A stretch of DNA of 64,000 nt, taken from assembly GCA_021613535.1 (NCBI GenBank), contig CP075496.1:9114001-9178000 (forward strand), read 5' to 3'. This DNA is from Adineta vaga (taxonomy: Eukaryota; Animalia; Rotifera). The position numbers were made by a program, and so were the translations under genes. How positions within the stretch are numbered: the first letter of the stretch is position 1; each line of letters begins with the position of its first letter. A model generated the notes under the pieces. It had not been told where the DNA came from and ran no database searches. It saw only the letters and a list, made by a program, of their open reading frames with translations. This document shows, in pieces, positions 15,875 through 28,300 of the stretch.

Positions 15875-16026
15875 TAGAAATTAATGACTACGAAACTGTC
15901 TCATTTTCGTATTTTAATCTAGAACTTTATAAAATTTTATTCAATAAATTAAATATGCAGGACTTTTCATGATTGACTTCATTTCGCCTGGCAATATTCG
16001 GTAGCGAAAAAGTTTGATTACCATCT

Positions 16027-17370
16027 TCATGTTGGAATAATTTTCATTTTTTTCAATCGATCAAAACATTGACTATAAGACTCCGCTGTATCAATTGTCG
16101 TTGTCCATCCATAGCTTCGAGCTTTAGTTAAATCACCTTCCGTGTTGTATGGAATACTGAACAGATAATCTAAAGGAAAATAAATAAACTGTATTATTTA
16201 CTATTTAAAAGTTTGTTTGTTAACATACGAGTAAATAACCAATTAGCATAATCAAAAGATGCTTTGTCCAGATTATATCGTTGAATAATTTGATCCCATA
16301 CAGTTTTACTTTGCGTCATGTATTCGTAAAAGTTTAATTGTGATTCCATTTTATTTTCTGAAAATTTTTGTTCATGGTGTTCAAAACCAAAATATCTAAA
16401 ATTAATTGTGTTTTTCGATGAAAACAATCAGTTTGCGTATACAATTTTTTCGTTACTTTTCAAATTTTGGCCATAATGTTCGAAATTGAACTTTATCGCC
16501 ATTATGAATATTAAATATTTGATTTGCTGTTTGATCATTTGTCGATGCCCATAATTGAAAATGAGAATTATTCGATGAACTCGAATGATCAAGTACAACA
16601 TCCCAAGCAAGTTCATTTCCTGGGAAAAGAAGTGGTTCGCCTTTTTCTTTTTGAACACTAGCATAGATTGCCAAACTTATAGCAAAATTCAACATATTTC
16701 CTATAATGACGTACAGCAAAGAATCAATTCCTCTGACAAATATCTATACCTTTCGATACACCAATGATTAGATTTGGACGTGTAATACTATAATTCCATT
16801 TATTTTTGGTAGCATATTCTTTAATAAGATCTTCTTGAGTATAATAGAAATTTACACCTTCATGACGAGCTGCATCTTCAATGAATGGCTGTGCAGCCAT
16901 GTATTGTGGACCTTTGTGTACACCATAATACTATAACGAGAGAAAAACTGATTGAATTGTGTAAAGACACCCACACCCGATTTCCTTACTTTATATCCTG
17001 TTTGTAATGAAACACATTTAACATTCTTACCGGCTACTTTTTCTGTAGCATCAAGAGCTTTTTGTAAGAGTATTTTATTAATATTATCTTGTTCGATTTC
17101 ATCCATTTTTGGAACGTGTGCATAATAAAACATATGCGTGATTGTATGACCATCTGCCTTAATTAATTCAGTGACAATTTCATCGATACCAGCTTCAATA
17201 AGATCAATTGAAATAAAATAAATACGCTTATCTTCAATATCGAATTGCATCTTTCGTCGAGATATACATATAATTTTGCTAAATGCACTAAGTGATTGTT
17301 CGATGAGTGCATCGATCATTCCTGTTCCTGATATTCCATTAGCACCCCATACACAAGCAACATTAGCCAT
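16027..17370 (-). CDS. PRISE-family short-chain reductase (progesterone 5-beta-reductase / iridoid synthase-like), 5 exons
   Basis: Exons 17370-16990, 16930-16750, 16700-16457, 16395-16229, 16169-16027 splice in frame. Motifs WGANGISG, SLQTGYKYYG, NFYYTQED, TRPNLIIG, FNIHNGD, DLTKARSYGW. Confidence 0.88.
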
Positions 17371-17559
17371 TGTTGATGTACACGTATCTGCTATTCTTCG
17401 AAATATTGAATAATGTGTTTTATGTTGAGAGTAAAACACTACAAAAAAAAGATAAAATAAACGCAACTATCTAGATGAAATACCAGATGCAAGTATTGTA
17501 TGTTTTAAGTAAGAAGTAACAACCAATGATACTTTCGTCTGCTTACATTTTAGTTCTCT

Positions 17560-18450
17560 AGATAAGCACTGCCATCTTCACACATATTTTTAATAGTTTA
17601 TGATTCATACATTGATGTTATTGCACAATGCTATCTATACTTTGCTGTTTTTATCATGCCTTATAAAACAAACTAAGATTTTCATTTTCGACAATGTCAG
17701 TGAAATGTTATGGCAAACGATTTCATTATATGCATCAGAAAACTTGACTACTTTAACTTTAATAAGTTCATGTGGTTTTTCAGAACTTTAACAAGTTTTA
17801 TCAATACCTTTCCATTGCTATACACTCCATTTTGCCCGAATTAAGAAAAATATTTGAAATACTGACGAATCTTAGAGAATTAAAATTATATCGATGATAT
17901 CTATTCGAAATCCCGAAGAGATTGATCATTTTAAAAGTTCCAATATCTTTACAAAAACTTCATTTAGAATATGGAAACTATCGAAAGTTTGGTACTCGAC
18001 CAGATATGAATACAATTAAACTTTTTTCTAAATGTATTCAAACATCAACTTCGTTCATACACATTATCGTCCGGATCCTCGATTGTTTTCGTATGATGAC
18101 AGTATATCCGGAAATGGATATAATTTTAACACTCTTCCACAACCTCATTTTTTTGACAAAATGTCCGATCGAACAAAATGAAAATGCTCATGTACTCAAG
18201 ATTTATTTCTTGAAGAATTCACTGATAGTACAACATTACATTATATTCCCGAAAATCAACTTTAAACTCTGCGCATTTCGATTTCACAGTTATCTGTTAA
18301 CATTCAATTGGTCCATTTGAAAGTGGTATTCATTGATGATGCTCTTGAAAATATCATACAAGATGAAGCAGAGACAGTTTCAGAACTTATGAACATATCA
18401 ACAAAGCTGGATACATTGACTGTCTTCAACATAGATATCGAAATTATAGA
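17560..18450 (+). pseudogene. Decayed leucine-rich (F-box/LRR-like) gene remnant
   Basis: Broken frames with LxxLxL-type pieces (ENLTTLTLI, NLRELKL, SLQKLHLEY, KLDTLTVF); many stops and frameshifts. Confidence 0.35.
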
Positions 18451-18478
18451 TTCGACACAGTATATTAGAATTTATTAG

Positions 18479-19417
18479 TTACATGGGTCGAACAATATTT
18501 ATAGTCGCGTTTCTTTTACGACATATTCGTTTTCCTATCCATTGGACAAATCGAGGTAATTGTCCAATACAAATCCAAGGAAGAAATATACACATAAAAT
18601 ACACCAAATCAAGTGCATAATTTCTTTGAAAATCGATTGCAAAATTAGGATCAATAGTTTGTTGTATAAGTGCAATTACAAGACCAGGTAACCATGCAAC
18701 TAAAAATAGCATCGATACAGCAAGAAGTTGTAATGTAATTCGTCTTTGCTTTCGCCAAGTAATATGTTGTTGATGACGACGTTTTTGTTTGATTACTCGT
18801 ATTATAAGTGATACATTTCCTAATATGATGATAAGTGTTGGCATACCATTATGTGCTGCCCAATCAAATGTAGACAATGTTTTACTGTATACTAAATGAC
18901 AATTAGCAAAGCCACAAACATTTGATGAATAATCCCATTGAAGACCATCACATGGATAAAAAACAATAAGAACCATATAAAGTATAAATGGATAGACAAA
19001 ACATAACAAGAGAGGAACATAATACAATAACCAACGAGTAATCCGTTTACGAAATATAGAATCATGAAAAATTAATATATGTCGTTGAATAGTAATCACT
19101 ACTACAAGAAGAGCAGTAATAACATCAAGCATATATTCAAAAAATGTCCACCATGTACAGTATGCTGATGTTGCTGGATTGACATGACCGATATAATAAA
19201 AATAGATAGGCATTGGTAGATCACATGTTAATTGAATGAAATTGTTACCTAATAATAATAGTATTGCTTGATGACGTATATCACGTAACAATGCACGATG
19301 TGTTAAGAAAAACCAAAAGATTAAAAGAGAAATAGCTATTCCAAAAATTTGAAATGTTAATAAGAAGATAAATTTAATACGATAAAGAGTTGCTAAACTA
19401 TCATGTCTTGTTTCCAT
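18479..19417 (-). CDS. Class-A orphan GPCR, intronless
   Basis: 312 aa, seven hydrophobic segments, YCTWW before TM3, ITIQRH at the DRY position, FLVAWLP in TM6. Confidence 0.85.
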   Translation of the reverse strand: METRHDSLATLYRIKFIFLLTFQIFGIAISLLIFWFFLTHRALLRDIRHQAILLLLGNNFIQLTCDLPMPIYFYYIGHVNPATSAYCTWWTFFEYMLDVITALLVVVITIQRHILIFHDSIFRKRITRWLLYYVPLLLCFVYPFILYMVLIVFYPCDGLQWDYSSNVCGFANCHLVYSKTLSTFDWAAHNGMPTLIIILGNVSLIIRVIKQKRRHQQHITWRKQRRITLQLLAVSMLFLVAWLPGLVIALIQQTIDPNFAIDFQRNYALDLVYFMCIFLPWICIGQLPRFVQWIGKRICRKRNATINIVRPM

Positions 19418-20429
19418 CTTATTGGAAAATATCTTTCGGACTATGAACTGAAGTCACAAAATGGTAAAAATTACCATAAAAGAATATAATATTTATATCT
19501 ATTATTGATGAAATATCGAAAAGAAAGTTTCATTACAATTAAAGTTCTATATATAAACTAACAAAAGAGAGAAACGATGCATAATCAAAAATCTCTGACT
19601 CAGTTATCTGATAAGTAGCATCTATAATGTATGAATATGTGTTTAATATACCGATAACAAGAAAGTAGATCGTTGCGTGTGAAAAACGTTTCTAATAGAA
19701 ATCTAAAATGTTCTCCGGTAAAAGACAAACCATCTCTTAATATAAAAAAAAGATTTTCTTTCTATGTGTCATATATGAAATGATTATAAGCTGATTAAAC
19801 GAAAAAAAGGATTATTATTTAAATAGACGAACATATCACAATATGACCCGTAGTAGGCTCCTTCTAGACAAACCTTTAATCCTTTCGAATCATATGACAG
19901 TGATGTTATAATTAAGCATCATACAATAATATGATCAGATGCTTCGCATTAAGTGTACATTAGTTAGTTATACAGAAATAACGGATGTACGAATTTCTTT
20001 TACATAAAAAGTACGTGATTTTATCAACATTACCTTGATGACGAACTTTGTGAATAAAGTCATGAGCAATTAATAAATAATTATCTGAAAAGAAATATAA
20101 TAATAATATCATCCATTACATGCATGCCTTTATACACTGATTATTCTTAAATAGATTCTTTCATGATACAATATCAGTGGGCATTATAGATTGCTTTGAA
20201 TCTTCATCTAGAAGGCGTTCATGTGCATTTTTTGACATTTTGCATCAGAGGAAACATGTATCGTTCATGAAAATTGTCCTTCTACCATGAACAGTGTACT
20301 TACTAGAAAATAAGACGAAATGCTATTATATTTATTCATTTCAAGTAAAATCTTTAAAAACTAATTTATTTTATATAAGAAAATAGATTTCGCAAACAAA
20401 ATATGTTACCATATCAGTGATTACATATT

Positions 20430-23400
20430 CTATATTTCGTTTAAACTTAATCGTTGTATAATAGATTCTAATTTCTGTCGATCTTGATGTGAAATAGTTG
20501 AACATTGTGTATAGATAATCGATGCTCGTTTGTAATATTCAAGTGCAATTTTATATTCTTTTGAATATTCAAAACAATTACCAATATTGAATAAACTTTT
20601 TCCTAAATCCTGATGATCAAATGATAATGTTCTTTCACGTATAAGAAAACATTTGAATTCATACATTAAAGCAAGTTTATATTCATTTCTTGCACGTTGT
20701 ACTTCACTTAAATATGAAAGTGTATCTAATATTGCTGAATGTTCTGAATTCAAATTCATTTCTCGAATTTGTAAACATTTTTCATAATATTCAATAGCAT
20801 GTACATAATCTAATTTAATAAAACAAATAAAACCTATCCATTGTAAATAACGTGCTATTTGAATATGATTATTTGGATAATAATCTTGATAAATAGTCAA
20901 TGCTCGTTTGTAAAAATCAAATGATTCATCATATTTACCTTGACGACTTAAACTACTTCCAATAAAACTAAGTATATTGGCAATATTTGAATGATGTAAT
21001 GGATAATATTTTTCATAGATATCTAATTGTTTTCGATAATACTCGACAGCTTCATCATATCTTCCTTGACTATTACGAATATTTCCCATATAATGAAAAC
21101 TATCAGCAATATTCATATAACCCGATGGATAATGTCGTTGTCGAATATCTAATGCATTTTGTTCATATTCAAATGCTTGATCATATTTTTCCTGATGATT
21201 TAAACTAGTTCCAATATTGCTAAGAATTGTTGCTATATCTGAATAACGAAATGATGAATTTGTTTCATAAATATCTAATGCTTTCTTATATAAATCAATA
21301 GCTTCATCATATTTTCCTTCACTACTTCGAATATTACCCATATAATTCAAACTAAGAGCCATATGTGCGTTATCTGAATCGTAATATTTCTTTTGAATTT
21401 TTAATGCTTTTTCATGATGTTTAAAAGCTTCATCACATTTACCAAGACGATATAAAATTTTACCAATATCATTTAAACTTGTTGCATAACTAATATGATC
21501 CGATGAATGATATGTTTCATAGATAATCATAGCACGTCGATGATAATCAAGTGCTTCTTCATTATTTTTCTGATTACTTAGAATATTTCCAATATTACTT
21601 AAACTATGAGCAATATTGACATTATCCGATGAATAATACGTCTTTTGCATGGCTAATGCTTGTTGATAGAAAAGAAGTGCATCAGAAAACTTTCGTTGTT
21701 TATTCAAATTATCACCAATATAATTGAGATTTATTGCTAAATGACCCGAATATGTTGGATAATATATTTCTAACATTTTCAATGCTTGTCGATGATATTC
21801 CAATGCTTCTTCATACAAACGTTTTCCACGAGAAAAAATATAACCAATATTATTCAAGATACAAACATTATCTAAATGGTCGGATAGATGATATTTTTTT
21901 TGCATAAATAAAACTTGTTGATATAATTCAACAGCAAGATCATAATTTCCTTGTCCATATTTAATATTTCCAATATTACTTAAACTTGTTGCAATATCAA
22001 TATGACCATATGGATAAAATTTCTTTTGTATTAAAATTGCACGTTGAACTAAATCAAGTGCTAGATGATGTTTCTTCTTGAGATAGAGAATATTTCCAAT
22101 ACTATTATAAGTTAATGCAAGAAAAATATGATCAAATGGAAAATATTTTTCATAGATAAATTTTGCTTGTTGATGATTATTCAGCGCTGCATCATATTTA
22201 CCTTGGTCGATTAAAACTGATCCAATATTTCTTAGATTAGTTGCAATATCAATATGAAAGGATTGAAAATAATTTTCTCGAATAACTAAAGCTTGTCGAA
22301 GAAAATTCAATGCTTCACTATATTTCAATTGTTGATAATAGACAAGACCAAGATTTTCTAAACTTGTAGCAATATGTGGATGATCTGAAGATGAATAGAT
22401 TTTCTTTCGAATTGTTAATGCTTTTTGATGATATTCATACGCTTGTTCATATTTGCCTTGTAAATGTAAGATTTCTCCAATATCCGATAGAACAAATGAC
22501 AATTTGTTCATACAATTTGTCGATATCTGATCAAAATATTTTCTTGCTTGAATCCAATCTCCTTTCCATCGATGAACTTGACCAAGATTGTATTCAATCC
22601 AAGATGAATCTTCAGTATGAAAATCATTCAGTAGAGATTCAAAATATGCTTGAGATTGATCCCATTGACATCGATCACAAAGTAATCGTCCGAATATAAT
22701 TGGAATCGATAAATCTTCGAATAAACGATGGGTATCATCAAGATACTTTTGAATTAATTCTCGTCCATGATTGACAACATTCATTTCTATTAACCATAGA
22801 TTGCCTTCTTGAGAAATTCTTTCGAAATGAAACGTTGTATTGAAATGAAAAAGAATTTGTTCTTCTTTCGATGAAGAAACCGGCGCAAAGATTACATGGT
22901 CTTTTGTTTGTTGAATATTACATTTAATTTGAAAAAGAACAGGAATAGAATCATCAACAAATGATATCTGTTCACATACAAATGATCGCGAATATGAACA
23001 TAAAAGAAATCGTTTCATTGAAATAAGTTTATTTTGATTATTAATAAATTTATTCAAATTTTCTTTCGTTAAATTCATTGTTTGATAAACAATCAATGAA
23101 TTCTCATTGGATTCGACAAATTGTTGATGTTGACAAGCAAGACATTCAATTAAATCACCGAGAAAATATCTTAATGTATAAAGTTCTTTTGTATTTTCTG
23201 TTTGTAATGCTGAATCAATCATATTTCGAAGAAAAGTTTTATTTAAATACCAATCAATAGCATCTTTTGATTGATAATTCTTTTCGAAATCATGAATTAT
23301 AGAATGGAAATGATCGGCATCGATCATTTGTTGTTTTGCTTGTTCATTTCGTGATAATTGTAAAATAACATCATGTAAAAGTTGAATCCAAAGAAAATCA

Positions 23401-23855
23401 CTTGAAAATTTTGATAAATCTTTGTTGAAATATTCATCTTGATCAACAAAAGTCCAAAGATATGATTTTCGACGAAAAAAATTCAACTGATCAATGAGTG
23501 ATTCATAAAGTAAATCGAATTCTCTATAAAATCCAATTATTTTCGAATATTGAAGATACAAATATTCGGATTGATCATTTTCAGAATTAAATATAAATAT
23601 ACATTGAATTTGTTCAAGTGTATTAAGATAAGGTAAGATATGAAACGCATGTTTATTGGAAATAATCAAAAAGAGTTGATTATCTTTATGAGATTGAACA
23701 TACGTTAAACATGTATCAAGTTTCGTTTGAAAAACAACTTCATTCATCAATTGATATAAACTTGTTTTCCAACGTTCATTTTCATGATTTGGAGAATACC
23801 AAATCAATATCATCTTCTCGTTCATATCAAGTATATTTGATACTAATGTTGTCAT
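20430..23855 (-). CDS. ART-like domain (catalytic motifs degenerate) plus ~18 TPR repeats
   Basis: 1141-aa intronless ORF colinear with the 8057-10340 gene (LIWY, DLSK..SDFLW, AIDWY, VLFQIKC, ILF), followed by 18 TPR units counted by eye. Confidence 0.9.
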   Translation of the reverse strand: MTTLVSNILDMNEKMILIWYSPNHENERWKTSLYQLMNEVVFQTKLDTCLTYVQSHKDNQLFLIISNKHAFHILPYLNTLEQIQCIFIFNSENDQSEYLYLQYSKIIGFYREFDLLYESLIDQLNFFRRKSYLWTFVDQDEYFNKDLSKFSSDFLWIQLLHDVILQLSRNEQAKQQMIDADHFHSIIHDFEKNYQSKDAIDWYLNKTFLRNMIDSALQTENTKELYTLRYFLGDLIECLACQHQQFVESNENSLIVYQTMNLTKENLNKFINNQNKLISMKRFLLCSYSRSFVCEQISFVDDSIPVLFQIKCNIQQTKDHVIFAPVSSSKEEQILFHFNTTFHFERISQEGNLWLIEMNVVNHGRELIQKYLDDTHRLFEDLSIPIIFGRLLCDRCQWDQSQAYFESLLNDFHTEDSSWIEYNLGQVHRWKGDWIQARKYFDQISTNCMNKLSFVLSDIGEILHLQGKYEQAYEYHQKALTIRKKIYSSSDHPHIATSLENLGLVYYQQLKYSEALNFLRQALVIRENYFQSFHIDIATNLRNIGSVLIDQGKYDAALNNHQQAKFIYEKYFPFDHIFLALTYNSIGNILYLKKKHHLALDLVQRAILIQKKFYPYGHIDIATSLSNIGNIKYGQGNYDLAVELYQQVLFMQKKYHLSDHLDNVCILNNIGYIFSRGKRLYEEALEYHRQALKMLEIYYPTYSGHLAINLNYIGDNLNKQRKFSDALLFYQQALAMQKTYYSSDNVNIAHSLSNIGNILSNQKNNEEALDYHRRAMIIYETYHSSDHISYATSLNDIGKILYRLGKCDEAFKHHEKALKIQKKYYDSDNAHMALSLNYMGNIRSSEGKYDEAIDLYKKALDIYETNSSFRYSDIATILSNIGTSLNHQEKYDQAFEYEQNALDIRQRHYPSGYMNIADSFHYMGNIRNSQGRYDEAVEYYRKQLDIYEKYYPLHHSNIANILSFIGSSLSRQGKYDESFDFYKRALTIYQDYYPNNHIQIARYLQWIGFICFIKLDYVHAIEYYEKCLQIREMNLNSEHSAILDTLSYLSEVQRARNEYKLALMYEFKCFLIRERTLSFDHQDLGKSLFNIGNCFEYSKEYKIALEYYKRASIIYTQCSTISHQDRQKLESIIQRLSLNEI

Positions 23856-24416
23856 TTTATTTGAAGACTACTAGACATAAAAATCATATTCGAACTAGAA
23901 AAATAAGATAGGAAGATCATCAAGGACAGATATATTTCGTCTTCTGATAAAACACACATATTTATTTTTGCTTAATATTTAAATAGAAGTGTCATGTGAA
24001 TGTTATCGAATCGTTTGTGTTAATTTTGTTATTTAAATAAAGAAAAAAACTGCAGTAAAGATCAGAAACTACTTACCAGAAAAATATTGAAGTAATAGAT
24101 GAGAATGTGTGGTTGCATTCGATCATCATTCACCTATCTTACCTTGATATAATTGAAAACAAACGTGGTCGATTTCTTTTTTTTTTATTTCTAATCAACA
24201 TGTTTGATAACATGAAAAGGAGAAGAATCACCTGTGTATCAACAACAATATCACACATGAAAAAAAATTACGGTTCTTTTTCTGTCGTTCTGTATCTCCT
24301 TTTTTTTGTTAGTTTGTGTTTACTAATATTCCTTTTTCTTGCTTCAGTCAATCTATGATTGAACAGATTATTTGATGAATATATATATATAGGAAGAATG
24401 TGAATCTCTTGAAGAT

Positions 24417-25170
24417 TTATTTCGCACTTCTATTGATTCTTCGAAATGGATGATAAAACTGAAATATTTTCATGCTTAGATAATTCAAAAGATCCTCCGG
24501 CAAATCTTCCTTTCCATTTAGTGATGGTTTTACGAGGTCGTAAAAAAGTGGATAATGAATAAGTAATTCAATGGTGTATCTTGCTGGAAGTAAACGTCGT
24601 GCCATCAGTACAGTACTTTTATTTGCAATAAATTCAGTTAAATTTAAAGAATTCTTTAAAATATAGAATAATTTTGATGCATTAGTTGTACTGATCCAAG
24701 CAGATGTTTGACTTAAATTTTTCACATAGAATTTTCTCAATAGATTTTATTTCAATGTACTTCCATCAGATTGATAACATTAAGCACTTTTATAAATAAC
24801 AGATTGATTTTCATCGAAGATACTATGTGAAAGAATTTTTTAATTCAATGTTTGATCTACTAATTCTATATTTCAATTTGATAGATAGAAAACAGAAAGC
24901 CATTCTATATAATAAAAAGAAACTGTTTTCTTTTATTAAATTTTCATCTCGACATTGATTAAACAACCTTGAAGCATTCTCTAATAGCCACAAGAATTGA
25001 TATTCACAAGTCACTAAATAACACCACATCATTCTTCGCAATAGTTCATACATATGCTAACTAATACACATTCCATGCGAACAAATCAACTTTAGTTTCC
25101 ATAAACAATATTCTCTTTTGCCTTCTACATATACTAATCTCATATTTCCGGTCTCTTTTATCAATAAAAA
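24417..25170 (-). pseudogene. Fragmented coding remnant of unknown family next to the duplication breakpoint
   Basis: Two same-strand ORF pieces (24823-25053, 24417-24740) with protein-like composition and no recognisable motif. Confidence 0.3.
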
Positions 25171-25371
25171 CTGACAAATAATTCATCCTTCTCACAATAC
25201 TCCACTGAAACATTGCTTATACGTCCAGAATCTTCAAAAGGATGCAACAACAATAGTCGATTTATTTTAATATTCAAACATCTATATAAAAGCACAATTC
25301 TCAGTTAAACACTCACATATAAGCGCACTTTTGTCTCGAATATTTACTATCATATCACATCTTCATCAAAT

Positions 25372-28300
25372 CTAACGACTACTCAGTTGTCGTCTTAAAT
25401 GTGAAATACGTTGTCGAAATTGTTTTCGATAAAGTGGAGATGGTAAAACAAAGATGATAAAAACACATGCTGCTGGAATAAATGATAAAAAATATCCAAT
25501 CAAATAGAACGAAAATAATCGCGATGATTTTTTACAATCTAAAATAATTGAAATAATCAAATGAGGAAAAGTTAAACAAACAATGATCATTGGACTAATC
25601 AAAAGTTGTTTGTATTTTAGAATTTTCCGTTTCAAATGACTCCAAAATGTTTTGTCTGTTTGTGATGCTGTTCGTTGACGAGCTGTAAATAGAATAATTA
25701 GAATAGTTGAACATATTTGAATACAAAATGGAATAAAATAATGAATAAATATCATCACCATCGTATAAATCTTCAACCAAATCTTATATTCAATCACACA
25801 CCAACTTCGTTCTTCAAGTTCATCTTGAAAAACATGAAGAAAGATGATTTGTGGAATAAGAAGTGTAACATTAAACAAAAATATCAATGGAACAATCACT
25901 TTTGCTATTCTTCGACTTCTACTTCGATCAAAATATAATCCTTGAATAACTGAACATGTTCTTTCAATTGCTACACAAGCATTCAACCAATTGTCAATAA
26001 ATAAAAATAATTTCAATAAAACTTCAATACAACGACAATTAAGAATTAAAACCATTCGAAGATTTGATATATTCTGATAAGAAAGAAAAAGTAACCAGAA
26101 TTTTATTGTAAAAAATGTTATTGTTAACAATGATGTCATCGATGATGAAAATAAATATAATCCACAACCAACTTCATGTACTTTTGCTTGTGAAAATGTC
26201 ATCATTGATAAGATAGCATTGATAATTCCAATAAGAAAGATAATCATTGTAGTTAATGCACTGATTTGAATCGAAAATGATTGAGAAAAAAATCCTTTGT
26301 TATGTCGAAATTCATAGCCAAGAATTTCATCTAATGTTGAACCAAGACCTTTAGCATAAAGTTGACATTGTTGACCAAAGAAACAATTGGCACATAAACA
26401 AATCTTTGTTGATGGACATTGAGGATGATCTTGATAACATTCACCTTGATTTAAACAATAATTATCATTTGATATACATTGAAAATGATGTTGTGATGAA
26501 GAATATTTTTCAGAAAATTCTAAACAATTTGCATGATGATCATTTGTACATAAACATAAATACATTTTATCAATAAAACATTGTAAATGCCAATGTAAAA
26601 AACATAATTTATGAAAATAATTGATTCGTTCATAGGGATGTAATTGTAAAATAGTTGAATTGAGATAGTTGTCGATTGAGTGACATTTTTGTTTTGGATT
26701 AAGACTTGTTAACATTGACATTTGTGATCGATGTTGAAGATAAACAAGATAGAAATCATGTTGAATTTGAATAAAAACTAAATGAAATGGAATGGATATA
26801 TGAAATGTAACAATATGTTGAAAAAGTGTTAATTTTCGAAGAATAATTGTTTGAATTGGTTGAGATTGATTGGATGTTGTATAGAAATATGCAATTAAAT
26901 AAGATGGAATCTCTATTTCATCTATTGAAACATCTAATTCCCATTTTCTATATTCACAATGTAAACCATAATATTTATTTGGACAAATACATGAATAATT
27001 CCGATGAAACATATTTAAATCATTGCGAATACATTGACCATGATTTTGACAATGATTTATTGAACATTTCGATGAGATCAAACAATTCGATCCATATTCA
27101 TTCAATGGACAAACACAAATCGATTCCTTTGCTCTTTTCTTTCCAATAAATATCGAATCATTTGAACATTTATGTCCTGAATTCGATTTCATCCATCGAC
27201 AAAATGATTTCTCTTCATTCACATACTTGACACATTCTTGTCCATTCGAACATTCCATTGAACATTGATTTCCTCTTTCCACTACATTCGATGATAAATT
27301 CAATGATAAACTCATACGATTAACAGGTAGAAACAAGAATGGAATTGTAAAATACCAATGTCCAATATAACTCATCCAATTCTTTTCAATAACATCAATA
27401 CGAATACTATAATTCGTTGACAGATTCTTTGGTCTTGTTGGATATAATAAATATTGATTAAATTTCATTGTACAACTATCTTTTGCAATATATTGAAGTT
27501 GATTAAATTCTATTATAATCTCATCATTATCAATCAATAAAATAACAATACCATATGTTTCATATCGATTTATTGAACTTAATTGTAATGATAAACTAAG
27601 ACGTTGATTTTGATATTCACATAAATCACCATAATAACTTGGTGGACACAAACAATTCGAAAATGTTCCATTATTTGTATATTTCTCAATCTTTATTCCA
27701 CGATTACAATAATGTGTCCATTGATCATCTTCTTCTATCATTGTTGTATTCTGTTTTATCATAAATTCTTCTTCTTCTTCTTCTTCTTCTTCTTCTTCTT
27801 GTGCTTGTAAATGATAATTGATTTCATTGGTGAGATGAGATGAGATTGAAGATGGATAAACGGGTGAAGTAATGAGAGTAAAGAATCTGTATCGATATTT
27901 GTCATGTTCATTTAATCCACAAAGGATTTGTTCGATTTCATTTCGATGATAGGATCCATTTTGCTCACAAGTGAATGTGAATTGAGAATCTTGACAAAAT
28001 GCCTCGTCATCATTGAGCACTGGACAATTTGTAGTTTTATCACATAATTCCGATGACTTTAAGCATGATGAATCATTCAAACATCGAAGATTCTGGGAGA
28101 TTTCATTGGAATAGTATCTCTCACGACACTCAATTTGTTCATCTGTTGCTCCGAGACAATCATCTCGTCCATCATTGACAAGTGTGTGAGGTAAGCAAAA
28201 CATTGTATAATTGTCTGGCGATATACATGGATGATGTTTTGGTGGACATAATGATTGACTACAATTAGATTCATCGCGTCCATCTGAACATGCCCAATAA

